A program made the translations under genes and the position numbers. The notes below the pieces were generated by a model. That model saw only the letters and a list, made by a program, of their open reading frames with translations. It made no database searches and was not told where the DNA came from. Below are positions 15,626 to 30,900 of a stretch of DNA of 64,000 nt, one piece after another (within the stretch, counting starts at the first letter, position 1; each line of letters opens with the position of its first letter). Location of the stretch: NCBI RefSeq assembly GCF_009914755.1, contig NC_060947.1; one strand, given 5' to 3'. This DNA comes from the human T2T-CHM13v2.0 reference genome, Homo sapiens.

Positions 15626-17056
15626 ACCCATCATCTGTAGAAATTAATTTAATTCTGTATTTAAAGTGAATTCTATTAGAGAAAATTTGCTTTTGCTCTT
15701 GATATTGCAAAACTGGAACCATTTTAATTTAAATTTTTTTACTCAGTGTTTTACAAATCATACAGGTACATCAAATACTATTCTCAAACCACATTAAGAA
15801 AGTGTGAGATATGTTTAAGAATTCTCAGGAGAAGCTTTATCTCTTACTCACTGTACATGACTCTTTCTTTGGAGGTCTGATTTTTATGTGTTGGATTCAA
15901 ATGTTCATCTTTCACCATATTTGTGTTTTCTATTTTCCTCTTGTTTCTGTGTATATTACCAAAGATGTAGGCCACCAAAATATAGCAAGATTCATTGCAA
16001 AAACATAATATCTAACTCTCTACCACTCTGGATCAAAGTTTTATTTTTACAGGCTTTTGGAGAATTTCCTTTCTTCAAGCTCAGTCATAAATGGAAATAT
16101 TAATACATTTTATAAGGCATTTTCAATGTCCTATAGATAATTAAATACATTATTTATTAAATATTACCCTTATGCTTTCAAATTTATATTAACCTCCATT
16201 TCAAATAAAGGTTTTTTACTTTGTTCTTACAATAAATTGAAAGCTAGTAACCTTTTAATATATGCATAATGAACTCAAGGAACTCACTCTGTAGTGTCTA
16301 CAGTGTCTCCAGGTAATTTCATAAGCCTTTCAGTGTTCATTATTGACTTATGATAGTAATTTATCTCAGTTTCTTGTCTAAATATAAAATAATCTTACAG
16401 CTATGATACTCAGATATTATGCCATTAAGCAGGAGATTTAAAATGCTCTTGCAAGTTTTTGACTTTAAATGAAGTAAGTTTCTAGGAATGTTTCCAAAAA
16501 ATGGATGTCAGAAAGATTATTTATTTGATTTGATTTAATCAAACCAACATCTCCCAAAGTAAAGAAAGGGCATAATTTCTAACTAATATTAGACTTTCAA
16601 ATATTCCCATCAAATTATTGTTTCATGGGAATTCTCCAAGTGAATAATTTGTATAAATTGAATAAGACATTATGTAATAAAATTGCTGAATCTCAATATA
16701 AACACCATGCTCTGTGGTATCTTTAACTTGCTCTGTTCCTACTCCCTCTCCTCACCTCTACATCCACACTTGTACCAGCAGATGAGAATCACAGTAAAAG
16801 TTAGGAAACTGGTAGAACTTGGAGAGGGCAGATTTGGGTTAAAAGACTTATTTCCAAAACAAAAGAAAGAAAGAAATATCATTATTACAATTGTCTATGG
16901 TTTCCTGGGAGACTCACTGTGCAATGTTGTCTTTATTTTCTCTAAGTCATAGCTTTCCCAGAGTGAACTGATTTTTCCATAATGCATTATTGAAAAAAAT
17001 CAGAGGCAATTGTTGAACATCCCTGGTTCCTGAGATGATGGATAACAGCTGTAACA

Positions 17057-17290
17057 GACAGGATGGAATAGAAGGCTCCACTGATCATCCCCCCCTGCAA
17101 AAACACAAATTTAACAACTATCTACACACAGAAAATAAACCAAAAACCTTCGTAAGAACCAAAAACCAGGTGAGCACTCATAGTACCTGATTGTAACTTC
17201 CTATTGCTGTAAGAGACACTAAAGAGGTAGAAAAAATAGTCTTGAACCACTGGCGCACCCTTCCCCCACCCCACAGAAGCAAGAGCATGG
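17057..17290 (+). mobile_element. L1MA1/2-type 5' end (first ~230 bp)
   Basis: GATGGAATAGAAGGCTCCACTGATCATCCCCCC...AACAACTATCTACAC...CAGGTGAGCACTCATAGTACCTG matches the L1M1-class 5' end as remembered. Confidence 0.7.
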
Positions 17291-20200
17291 AAAGAATCTC
17301 AGAGCTTGAAGACTAGCTTTCAGAAACAAGACAGGCAGACAAGAATAAAGAAAAAAGAACAAAAAGGAATAAGCAAAACCTCTGAGAAACATGGGATTAT
17401 GTAAAAGACTGAATCTACGACTGATTAGGGTACCTGAAAAAGATGGGGAGAATGGAATCAAGTTGAAAAACATACTTCAGGATATCATCCAGCAGAACAT
17501 CCCCAATCTAGCAAGACAGGCCAACATTCAAACTCAGGAAATCCAGAGAATGCCAGTAAGACACTCCATGAAAAGATCAACCCCAAGACAGTAAGATACG
17601 CCATGAAAAGATCAACCCCAAGACAATCATAAGATTCTCTAAGGTCAAAATGAAAGAAAAAAGTTTAAGGGCAGCCACAGAGAAAGGCCATGTCACCTAC
17701 AAAGGGAAGCCCATCAGACTAACAGTGGACAGCTCAGTGGAAACCCTATATGCCAGAAGAGATTGGGGGTCAATATTCAACATTGTTGAAGAAAAGAATT
17801 TCCAACCCAGAATTTCATATCTGGCCAAACTAAGCTTTGTAAGTGGAGGAGAAATAAGATCCTTTTCAGACAAGCAAATGCTGAGGGAATTCATCACCAC
17901 CAGGCCTGCCTTGCAGGAGCTTCTGAAGGAAGCACTGAATATGGAAAGGAAAAACCGTTACCAGCCACTACAAAAACACACTGAAGTGCACATGTCAGTG
18001 ACACTATGAAGCAATAACATAAACAAGTCTGCAGAATAACCACCTAGCATTATGATGACAGAATCAAATTCACACACAACAAAACTAACCATAAATCTAA
18101 AAGGACTAAATGCCTTAATTAGAAGACACAGAATGGCCATCTGGATAAAGAGTCAAAACCCATCAGCATGCTATCTTCAAGAGACCCATCTCATGTGCAA
18201 AGACACACATAGGCTCAAAATAAAGAGATGGAGGAAAATTTACCAAGCAAATGGAAAACAAAAAAGCAGAGATCACAATCCTAGTTTCTGACAAAACAGA
18301 CTTTAAAACAACAAAGATGAAAAAAAAAGACAAGTTATTATATAACAGTAAAGGGTTCAAGTCAACAAGAAGAGCTAACTCTCCTTACTATATATGCACC
18401 CAATACAGGAGAACCCAGATTCATAAAGCAAGTGCTTAGAGACCTACAAAGAGACTTAGACTTGCACACAATAATAGCGGGATACTTTAACACCCCACTG
18501 AAAATATTAGATAGTTGAGACAGAAATTTAACTAAAATATTCAGGACTTGAACTCAGCTCTTGATCAAACAGACTTCACAGATATCTCCATAACTTTCCA
18601 CCCCAAAACAACATATTATACATTATTCTCATCATCACAAGGGACTTACTCTCAAATTTGTCACTTAATCAGAAGAACTGAAATCATAACGAACACTATC
18701 CCAGACCACAGCACAATCAAATTAAAACCCAACAATAAAAAACTCACTCAAAATCACAAAACTACATGAAAATTGAACAACTTCCTCCTGAATGACTCCT
18801 TAGCACATACTGAAATTAAGGCAGAAATTAAGAAGTTCTTTGAGACTAATGAGAACAAAGAGACAACGTACCAGAATCTCTGACATACAACTAAAGGAGT
18901 GTTGAGAAGGAAATTTATTGCACTAAATGCCCACATCAAAAAGCTAGAAAGACCTCAAATTAAAAACCTAACATCACAACTAAAAGAACTAGAGATCCAA
19001 GCACAAGCAAACCCCAAAGCTAGCAGAAGACACGAAATAACAAAGATCAGAATGGAACTAAAGGAGATAGAGATATGAAAAAACTCTTCAAAAAAATCAA
19101 CAAATCCAGGAGTGAAAAAAATAAATAAAATAGGTCACTAGATAGACTAATAAAGAAGAAAAGAGGGAAGAATCAAATAGATCGACACAATCAGAAATGA
19201 TAAGGGGGATAGCATCACTGATCCCACAGAAACAAAAATAACCATCAAATAACACTATAAACACCTCTATGCACATAAACCAGAAAATCCAGAAGAAATG
19301 GATAAATTCTGGGACACATACACCCTCCAAAGCCTGAACCAGGAAAAAATTGAAACTCTGAACTGACCAAGAAAGAATTCTGAATTTGAGGCAGTAATAA
19401 ATAGCCTACCAACCAAAAAAAGCCCATGACCAGACAGATTTACAGCTGAATTCTACCAGAGGTACAAAGAAGAGCTGGTACCATTTCTTCTGAAACTATT
19501 CCAAGAAATAATTGAAAAGGAGGACCTCCTCCTTAACTCATTTTATGAGACTAGCATCATTTTGATACCAAAACCTGGCAGAGACACAACAAAATGTAAA
19601 CTTCAGGCCAATATCCCTGATGAACATTGATGCAAATATCCTCAAATAATGGTAAACTGAATCCAGCAGCACATCAAAAAGCTTATCTACTATGATCAAG
19701 TTGGCTTCATCTCCTGGATGAAAGGTTGGTTCAACATATGCAAATCGATAAATGTAATTCATCACATAAACAGAATTAGACCAAAAAGAAGATTATCTCA
19801 ATAGATGCAGAAAAGGTTTTGATAAAATTCAACATCCCTTCATGTTAAAAATTCTCAATAAACTAGGTATTGAAGGAACATACCACAAAATAATGAAGAG
19901 CTATATATGGCAAACCAACAGCTAATATTATATTGAATGGACAAAAGCTACAAGCATTCCCCTTGAAAACTGGCAGAAGACAAGAATGTCCTCTCTCTCT
20001 ACTCTACTCAACATAGTATTGGAAGTTCTGGCCAGGGCAACCAGGCAAGATAAAGAAATAAAGGTATTTGAATAGGAAGAGAGAAAGTCAAATTATCTTT
20101 GCTTGCAGATGATGGGATCCTATATTTAAAAAAACGCCATCATCTCAGCCCAAAAGCTTCTTAAGCAGATAAGCATCTTCAGAAAAGTCTCAGGATACAA

Positions 20201-22072
20201 AATCAATATGCAAAAAATGCTAGCATTCCTATACATCAAGAACAGGCAAGCAGAGAGACAAGTTATGAATAAACTTCCATTTACAATTGCTACAAAGAAA
20301 ATAAAATGCCTAGGAATACAGCTAACAAGGGAAGTGAAGACCACTTCAAGGAGAACTTCAAATGACCACTCAAGGAAATCAGAGAGGACACAAACAAATG
20401 AAGAAACATTCCATGCTCATGGCTAGGAAGAATAAATGTCGTGAAAATGGCCATACTGTCCAAGGTAATTTATAGATTCAATGCTATTCCTATTAAACTA
20501 CAATTGACATTCTTCACAGAATTATGAAAAAAAAAAAACTATTTTAAAATTTATGTGGAACCAAAAAAGAGTGAGGATAGCCAAGACAATTCTAATCAAA
20601 AAAACAATGCTAGAGGCATCTTGCCACCTGAATTACAACTATATTTCAAGGCTACAGTAACCAAAACAGAATGGTACTGGTACAAAATCAGACACATAGA
20701 TCAATAAAACAGAATAGAGAACCTGGAAGTAAGACTGCATATCTACAATCATTTGATCTTTAACAAACCTGATGAAAACAAGCAATGGTGAAAAGATTCC
20801 CTACTTATTATTAATAAGTGGTACTGGGAGAACTGGCTAGTCATATGCAGAAAATTGCAACTGGACCCCTTCCTTACACCTTATATAAAAATTTGCTCAA
20901 AATGGATTAAAGATTTAAATGTAAAACCTACAACTATAAAAACCCTAGAAGAAAATCTAGGCAATACCCTTCAGGACATAGGAATGGGCAAAAATTTCAT
21001 GATGAAAACTCCAAAAGCAATTGCAACAAAAGCAAAATTTGACAAATGGGATCTAATTAAACTAAAGAGCTTCTGCACCGCAAAATAAACTGTCATCAGA
21101 GTGAACAGACAGCCTACAAAATGGAAGAAAATTTTTGCAATCTATCCAACTGACAAAATCTAAAACCCAGAGTCTACAAGGAACTTAAACAAATTTACAA
21201 TAAAAAACATATAACCCCATTAAAAAGTGGACAAAGAACATGAACAGACACTTCTCAAGGGAAGACATTTATGCAGCCAACAAACATATTAAAAAACCCT
21301 CAACATCACTGGTTATTAGAGAAATGCAAATCAAAACTACAATGAGATACCATCTCACACCAGTGAGAATTACAATTATTAAAAAGGTCAAAAAACAACA
21401 GATGCTGGTGAGGTTGCAGAGAAAAGGGAGTGCTTTTCCACTCTTGGTGGGAGTGTGAATTAGTTCAACCATTGCTGAAGACAGTGTGTCAATTCCTCAC
21501 ATATTTAGAAGCAGAAATACCATTTGACCCAGACATCCCATTTCAGGGTATATACCCAAAGGACTGTAAGTCATTCTATTATAAAGATATATGCAAGCAT
21601 ATGCTCATTACAGTACTATTCACAGTAGCAATGACATGGAATCAACCCAAATGCCCATTAATGATAGACTGGATAAAGAAAATGTGGTACATATACACCA
21701 TGGAATGCTATGCCGCCATTAAAGAGAATGAGATCATTTCTTTTGTAGGGACATGGATGGAGCTGGAAGCTGTTATCCTTAGCAAACTATGCAGGAACAG
21801 AAAAGCAAACACCACATATTCTCATTTGTAAGTGAGAGCTAACTGATGAGAACACATGGACACATGGTGGGGAACAACACACACTGGGGCCTGTTAGGTG
21901 TGGTGGGGAGAGGGAGAGCATCAGGAAGAATAGCTAATGCATGCTTGGCTTCATACCTAGGTGATGGGTTCATAGATGCAGCAAACCATCATGGCACACT
22001 TTTACCTATGTAACAAACCTGCACATCCTGCACATGTACCCCAGAACTTAAAATAAAAGATGAAAAAAAAAA
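17291..22072 (+). mobile_element. L1PA10-13-type element, truncated within ORF1, complete to the poly(A); ORFs disrupted
   Basis: ORF1 C-terminus (17650-18009 ...NFQPRISYLAKLSF...REFITTRPALQELLKEAL), ORF2 EN (LQETHL), RT, C-terminus (21430-21831), 3'UTR and A tail. Confidence 0.93.
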
Positions 22073-24720
22073 GAAAATCTAAAACCTAAACAGACCAATA
22101 ACAAGTAAAGAGATCAAAGTCATAATAAGAAGTCTGCCTGTAAATAAATGCCCGAAACCCAATGGCTTCACTGCTGAATTCTACCAAACATTTAAAGAAG
22201 AACTAATACCTATCCTATTCAAACACTTATAAAAATAGAGCAGAGGGAACATTTCCAAACTCATTATAGGAGGCCAGTATTACCACGAAACCAAAATCAG
22301 GCAAACACACATCAAAAAAAGCAACTGCACATCAATATTTCTAATCCATGCTGACACAAAAATCCTCAAGCAAATACTAGCATACTGAATTCAGCAGTAC
22401 ATTAAAAAGATCATTCATTGTGAACAAGTGGGATTTATGCCTGGGATGCAAGGATAGTTCAACATATGCAAATCAATCAGTATGATACATCATATCAACA
22501 GGATGTAGGATATGAACCATAAGATCATTTTAATTGATGCTCATAAGCATTTGATAAAATTCAACATCCTTTTATGGTCAAAACCCTCAAAAAACTAGGG
22601 ATAGAAGAAACATATCTCAACATAGAAAAAGCCATGTATGGCAGACTCACAGGTAGTATCGTACTGAATGGGGGAAAACTGAAAACCTTTTCTCTAAGAT
22701 CTGGAACATGACAAAGATGCCCACTTTCACCACTGTTATTCAACACAGTACCAGAAGCCCTAGCTAGAGTAATTAGACAAGAGAACAAAATAAAAGGCAT
22801 TCAAATTTGAATGGAAGAAGTCAAATAATAAAATACCTAGGAATTAACTTAACCAAGGAAACGAAACATCTCTGCAACAAAACCTATAAAACATTGATAC
22901 AATAAATTTAAGATGACATGAAAATATGGAAAGTTATTCCATGTTCTTGTATGGGGTTAGTCAATATTTTTAGATGACCGTACTACCCAAAGAAATCTAC
23001 AAACTCAGTGCAATCACTATCAAAATTCCAATGACATTCTTTTTAGCAATAGAAAAATAATCCTAAAATTTATATGGAACCACTAAAGACCCAGAATAGT
23101 AAAAGCTCCAAAGCAAAAAGAACAAAACTGGAAAAATCACATTACCTAACTTTAAATTATGCTACAGAGCTTTAGTAACTGAAACAGCATTGTACTGGCA
23201 TAAAAATGGACACCTAGACCAATGGAACAGAATAGATAACCCAGAATGTTATTCACACACCTACAGTGAACTCATTTTTGACAAAGGTACCAAGAACATA
23301 CACTGAGGAAAAAATAGTCTCTTCAATAGATGGTACTGGGAAAACTGGATATCCATATGCAAAAGAATAAAACTAGACCCCTATCTCTCACCACATACAA
23401 AAATAAAATAAAAATGTTTAAAGAGTTAAGTCTTAGACTTCAAACTGTGAAACTACTACAAGCAGACATTGGGGAAAATCTCCAGGACATTGTTCTGGGC
23501 AAAAATTTCTTAAGCAATACACCACAAGCACAGCTAGGCAAAAGATAAAATGGACAAATGGGATAATATCAAGTTAAAAAGCTTCTGCACAGCAAAGGAA
23601 GCAGTCCAGAAAGTGAGGAGACAACCCACAGAATGGGAGAAAATATTTGAAAACTACCCATGTGACAAAAGGTTAATAGCCAGAAAACATTAGGAGCTCA
23701 AACAACTCTATAGGAAAAAAAATCTAATAATCTGAATAAAAAATGGGCCAAATATTTCAGTAGACATTTCTCAGAAGAAGACATACAAATGGCCAACAAG
23801 CATATAAAAAGATGCTCAACATTATTGATCATCAGAGAAATGCAAATCAAAACTACAGTGAGATATCTCACTGTAGCTAAAATGGCTTATATCCAAAACA
23901 CAGGTGATAACAAATGCTGGCAAGGATGTGGAGAAAAGAAAGAAAACCTTGTACACTGTTGGTGGATATGTAAATTAGTAAAAACACTATGTAGAGCAGT
24001 CTGAAGGTTTCTACAATGCCTAAAAATATAGCTACCATTTGCTTCAGCAATTCCACTGTTGGGTATACACCCCTAAAAAAGAAAAATATTGTATCAAAGA
24101 GATTATCTGCACTCCCAGATCTGTTGCATCACTGTTTACAATACTTAATATTTGGAAGCAACCTAGCTGTCTATTAACAGATGAATGAATAAAGAAAATG
24201 TGGTACATATACACAATGAGGTACTATTCAGCCGTAACAAAGAATGAGATCTTGTTATTTGCAATAACATGGATGAATCTGGAAATCATTATGTCAAGTG
24301 AAATAAGCCAGGCACAGAAAGACAAACATCACATATTCTCACTTATCTATGGGCTCTAAACATCAAAAACAATTGAACTAATGGACATAGAGAGTAGAAC
24401 AATGGTTATTAGAGGCTGGGGAGAGGGTGGGAGTGGGGGAAGGTGGGGATGCTTAATGGGTACAAAAAATATAAAGAAAGAATAATATCTACCATTTGAT
24501 AGCACAACAGGGTGACTTCAGTCAATAATAACTTACCTGTACATTTATAAATAACTAAAGGAGTAGAATTGGATTGCTTATAACGCAAAGGATAAATGCC
24601 TGACAAGATGGATACCCAATTCTTGATGATGTGAATATTACACATTACACAAAACATCTCATTTTCCCTATAAATATATATACCTACTCTGTACCCATGA
24701 AAATTAAAAATTTAAAAAAA
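22073..24720 (+). mobile_element. L1MA1/2-type ORF2 3' part and 3'UTR (internal deletion at ~22825 removing the RT FADD region)
   Basis: 3'UTR GATAGCACAACAGGGTGACT...CAAAGGATAAATGC, A-rich tail, TSD shared with 17042-17056. Confidence 0.88.
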
Positions 24721-26971
24721 ATCAGCTGTGACAAGCAGTAGGCTAATGAAAAACCTAAAAGAAATATTGGAAAATCAGATATCTAGAGCAGGCTTTCAAA
24801 ATCCCCAGCATATTCCTGAGGAACTAAAAGGCCACACACTGTGTCTGGTACTCTGCCTATGCCCTGGGCTGTAAATATGCTCAGGAGATACTTGAGAAGG
24901 CACTAACCTCCCAATTTTGAGCTGATCTTGAGGCTCTGTACAAGAGGAAAATGGAGACTAAGACAGACTTGTAACTTGTCAGGATGAAGGTTCAAACTGT
25001 GTTCAACCCACATACAAAGTTCCTCAGCAGGTACTTGGAGCCTTATCCATTCCATATATCTAAGAAAAATATTCAATGATTATATGGCCACACATGACAA
25101 TGAATACAGGCTTTACAATTTTTTTAGGGAAAACTACTAAACTAACTATAACAACAATAACCAAACAACAGAGTGACAACAAATATAAGGGAGAAAGAGA
25201 ATCTGATTTCCAGGTTTGCCACATTATAATATTAAATATGACAAGGATCTAAACAAAAGTTATGAGACATGCAAATATACAAGAAATTACGGCCCATACA
25301 CAGAAAAATAATAGAAGTCAATTTAAATTATGTCTCAGGAAGTCCAAACATTAAACTTACTAGAATAAGACATCATAACCATACCACTGAAAACCAAAGA
25401 CAGAGGAAGAAACTTGAAAGCAGTAAGAGAATAATGACTCATCATGAACAAGGTATGAGATCCAAAATAAACAGATGAGTTTCCATCAGGAGCCATGAAG
25501 GACAGAAGGCCATTGATAATTAAAGTGCCAAAACAAAAAAAACGATAATCATAACAATGTGAATTTTCTTAATACTAAACTGTACACTGAAAAAAATTAA
25601 GATAGTCAATTTTATGTTATGCATACTTCACTACAATTAAAATTTTTGAAATGGATTGCCAGTAAAGAATTCTATATGAAACAAATCTATGCTCCAAAAA
25701 GTGAAGTTTAAATCAAGACATTCCAAGACTGATGAAGACTGAGAGAATTTGATGATTGAAGAACTGCCCTAATAAGTCATACCAATAGAAGCTATCTAAG
25801 CCAAAATAATAAAAGGACACTAGACAGCAACTCGAACCTACTTTAAGTTATAGAAAGCACCAGTTATGTTAACTACATAGGTGTGTGTATAAAATTGAAC
25901 ACAAATGCACTTTGTATTTAATACATTATTTCTGTTATTTAATTCAAAATACAAATGCATAAAGTAATACTTATAAATATGTATTGGCAACCATACAATT
26001 TATAGAGATATACCTCTGTAGGTTTGACAATATTAGCACAAAGAAGGAAGGAAGAAATGTAAAGATATATAAACAAAGTTTTGGATACTACTGTAATTAA
26101 GTTTGTATTACTCTAAAGTAAATTGCTATAAATTAATATGTCAATTTTAATTCTCAGTGCAACCAATAGAAAACTAACTCAAAAATATAGTAATGGAGGG
26201 TAAGGAAATTTACATGTTACGGTAGAAAATATGTATTTAACAAAAAAAGGTGCAGTAATGGGAGAGTAGTGAAACAGAAAAGACATAAGGCACATAGAAA
26301 ACGAATAGCAAATTGGCTAGAGTAAATCCTACCATAAAAGTAATCATATTAAAACGAGAAGGTCAAACACTCCAGTGAAAACATAGACTAGCAAAATGGA
26401 TAAAAAATAACCTAACTATATGCTGTCTAAAAATATACCTTAAATTCAAAGACATAAACAAGTTGAAAATAAATAAGTAAAAATATATACACCAGAAAAC
26501 CTTAACCAAAAGAGAAATCGAGTGGCTATAACAATGTCCGACTACATAGACTTTAAAAAATAAAAGTTTACCAAAGAACAAAAGGATATTTTAAAATAAT
26601 AAGAGGGTCAATATGTCAGAAAAATATGGCATGTGTGTGTGCATACATATATATATTTAATAATAGAACAACTGGACAGATGATCAACAGGTTGAAAAAA
26701 AGCCTTGAAAGACATAAAACCAATAGACATAATAGAGATCTATAGAACATTCCAGCTGACAAGTACGCATAGAATATTGACCAGAAGAGAATATATATTA
26801 AGCTACAAAAATGCTAATAATATTAAAATGATTAAATTCATACAAAATATGTTCTTCAAACACAATGGAATGAATTTGAAATAGCACAAGAAAATTTGGA
26901 AAAGTTACAAATATGTAGAAATTAAACAACACACTCCTAAATAGTAAATGGATCAAAGAAAAAAACAAAAA

Positions 26972-27256
26972 TATTTATTTATTTATTTATTTATTTATTT
27001 ATTTGTTTATTTATTTATTTGAGATGGAGTTTTGCTCTTGTTGCCCCCGCTGGATGGAGTTCAGTGGCTCCATCTAGGCTCACTGCAACCTTCGACTCCC
27101 ATGTTCAAGCGATTCTCCTGCCTCAGCCTCCTGAGTAGTTAGGATTACAGGCACGCACCACCACACCCAGCTAATTTTTTGTATTTTTAGTTGAGACAGG
27201 GTTTCATCGTGTTGGCCAGGCTGGTCTCGAACTCCTGACCTCAGGTGATCCACCCC
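26972..27256 (-). mobile_element. Alu (AluS-type), 5'-truncated by ~50 nt, (TTTA)n tail
   Basis: Reverse Alu ending at GTGATCCACCCC. Confidence 0.93.
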
Positions 27257-27557
27257 TTAAATTACTTCTAAACAAATGATAATGAAGACACAACATGCCA
27301 AACGTAATGGCACACAGCTAAAACAGAGATGAGAGAAAAATTTACAGCTGTATATGCCTACTTTAATAAAGAACAGTCCCAAATTATTAACTTAATCTCT
27401 GCTTTTTTTTACAGCAGACATTAGATAAATAGCTAGTTTCTTACTGGAAGAAAAATACAAACTAAGAAAAGAACAAACTGAACCAAAAGAAAGAAGGAAA
27501 TAGTGAAAGTTCAAGTAGAAATTGTAAAAGAGAGTAGAAAGTCAATAGAGAAAATCA

Positions 27558-27895
<338 letters not shown>

Positions 27896-27944
27896 AACAT
27901 TTACTTAGACTTACCAAGAAAATATAAAAGAGAGGACTCAAAAT

Positions 27945-30900
27945 TATTTTTATCTTTTAATTTTTGTAATTTCAATAGCTTTTGGGGGTACGAGTGGTTT
28001 TTGTTTACATAGATAAATTGTATAGTAGTAAAGTCTGAGATTTTAGTGTACCTGTCACCTGAGTAGTGTACATTGTACCCAATACATAGATTTTTATCCA
28101 TCAACCTCCTCCACACTTCACCATTATGAATCTACAATGTCCATTATATTTTACCACTCTGTGTGGCTTTGCATCCTAATAACTTAGCTCCCACTTATAA
28201 CTAAAAACATACAGTATTTGGATTTCCATTCCTGAGTTACTTCACTTAGAATAATGGCCTCCAGTTCCATCCAAGTTGTTCCAAAAGACATTATTTCATT
28301 CTCCTTTCATGGTGGAGTAGTATTCCATGGTGTATATCTACATTTTCTTTATCCACTCATCTGTTGATGGGAAATTAGGTTGATTCCATATATTTGCAAT
28401 TGTGAATTGTGCTTCAATAAACCTATGTGTGCAGGTGTCCTCTTGATATAATCACTTATTTTCCTTTGTGTAGATACTCAGCAGTGGAATTGCTGGACTG
28501 AATAATAGGTCTACTTTTATTTCTTTGAGAAATCTCCATCCTGTTTTTTATAGATGTTATACTGATTTACACTCCCACCAGCAGTGTATAAGCATTCTCT
28601 TTTCACCATATCCATGCCAACATCTATTGTTTTTGACTTCATAACAATGGCCATTTTAGCTGGGATAATGTGGTATCTCATTGTGGTTTTAATTTACATT
28701 TCCCTGATGATTAATGATGTGAGTGTTTTTTCACATATTTTTTAAAATTTGTATATCATTTTTTAAGAAATGTCTATTCATGTCATTTGCCCACTTTTTG
28801 ATGTATTTACTTGATTTTTCTTGCTGAGTTTTTGAATTCCTTGCAGATTATAGATATTAGCCTTTTGTTGGCTGCATAGTTTGAAAATGTTTTCTCCCAT
28901 TCAATGGATTGTCTGTTTAGTCTGAAGACTATTTTGTTCTGCAGAAGCTTTTGAGTTTAATTTGGTCCTATTTATTTATTTTTGGTTTTGCATTGGCTTT
29001 TGAGAACTTAGTTATAAATTATTTGCCTAGTCCAATATCCAGAGGAGTTTTTCTTAGGTTTTCTTCTATAATTTTTATGGTTTTAGGCCTTAAATTTGTG
29101 GCTTTAATCCATCTTGAGCTGATTTTTATATATGGTGACAGATAGGAATCCAGTTTTATTTTTCTACATGTGGCTACCCAGTTTTCCCAGCATCATTTAT
29201 TAAAGATGGTGTCCGTTTCCCAATTTAAGTTGTTGTATGCTTTGTCGACGATCAGTTGGTTGTGTTTGGTTTTATTTCTGTGCTCTCTATTCTGTTCCAT
29301 TTGTCTGTGTGTCCACTTTTATAACATTACTATACAGTTTTGGTACTGTAGCCTTGTGGTATAATTTGAAGTAAGGTAAAATAATGCCTCCACATTTTCA
29401 CTTACTGTTAGGATTGGCTATTTGAACTCTTTTTTGGTTCCATATTAATTTTAGGATTTTTGGTAATTTTGTGAAAAATGATGTTGCCATTTTAATAGGA
29501 ATTGCACTGAATCTGTAGCTTGCTTTGGGCAGTATGGTAACTTAAATGATATTTATTATTCCAGTCAATGAACATGGGAAATATTTCAATTTATTTGTGT
29601 CATCTATGATTTGTTTCAGCACTGTTTTGTAGTTCTCATTGTAGAGACCTTGCACATCCTCAGTTAAGATTATTCCTAGGTGTTTTGTTTTTTTTTCTGT
29701 AGCTATTGTAAAAGAGATTGAGTTACTGATTTCATTCTCAGTTTGTTCATTGTTGGTGTATAGAAGTGCTATTTATTTGTGTACATTAATTTTATTACCT
29801 CAGACTATACTAAATATATTTATCAGATATAGAAGTCTTTTGGGGCAGACTTTAGGGTTTTCTAGGTATATAATAATATCATCAGCAAACAGAGATCATT
29901 TGGCTTCCTGTTTTCCAATTTGTATGTCTTTTATTTCTTTGTCTTGTCTGATTCCTGTGGCTAAAACTTCTAGTACTCTCATGAATGGAAATGGTGAAAG
30001 TGGCCATGCTTGTCTTGTTCCAGTTTTTAGAGGGAATGATTTCAACTTTTCCCCATTCAGTATTATGTTGGCTGTGAGTTTGTCAAATATGGCCTTTATT
30101 ATTTTGAGATATGGTCCCTCTATGCCTACTTCGTTGAAGCACAGAAGGAACATACCTTCTATTTTTATCACAAAGGGATCCTTGATTTTAATGAATGCTT
30201 TTTTGTGTCTATTGAGATGATTATATGGTTTCATTTTTAATTCTACTTATGTGGTGATTTATTGACTTGCATATGTTGAACCATCCTGGATCCCTGAGAT
30301 GAAACCCACTTGATTGTAGTGAATTATATTTTTGATGTGCTGTTGGAGTTGGTTTGCTAGTATTTTAGGGGGACTTTTTCATCTATATTTATCAGGAATT
30401 TTGGTCTGCAGTTTTTTTGTTTAGAATTTCTTGGATTTGGTATCAGTATGATACTGGATTCATAACATGGGTTAGGGAGGAATCCCTCATTTTCAGTCTT
30501 TTGAAATACTTTCAGTGGGATTAATACTAATTCTTCTTTGAAGGTCTGGTAGAATTTGGCTGTGAATCCATCTGGCCTTGAGCTTTTTTGTTGTTGTTGG
30601 CAATTTTTTTAAAATTGCTGATTGAATCTCACTGCCTCTTATTGGCCTGTTCAGGATTTCTATTTCTTCCTGATTCAAGCTAGGAGGGTTGTATATTTCC
30701 AATAATTTATCCATTTCCTGCAACTTTTCTAGTTTGTGTGCATAGAGGTGTTCATAGTAGTCCTGAATGAACTTTTGTATCTCTGTGGTGTTGGTGGTAA
30801 TGTCTCCATTTTCATTTTTAATTGAGCTTATTTGAATCTTCCCCATTTTCTTTTTTTGGTTAATACACCGATAGTCTATCAACTTTATCTTTTCAAAGAA

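Noticed and set aside
17291-22072. Possible retrotransposition-competent L1
   Set aside because: Lacks its own 5'UTR and ORF1 start; ORF2 is fragmented by many stops and frameshifts.
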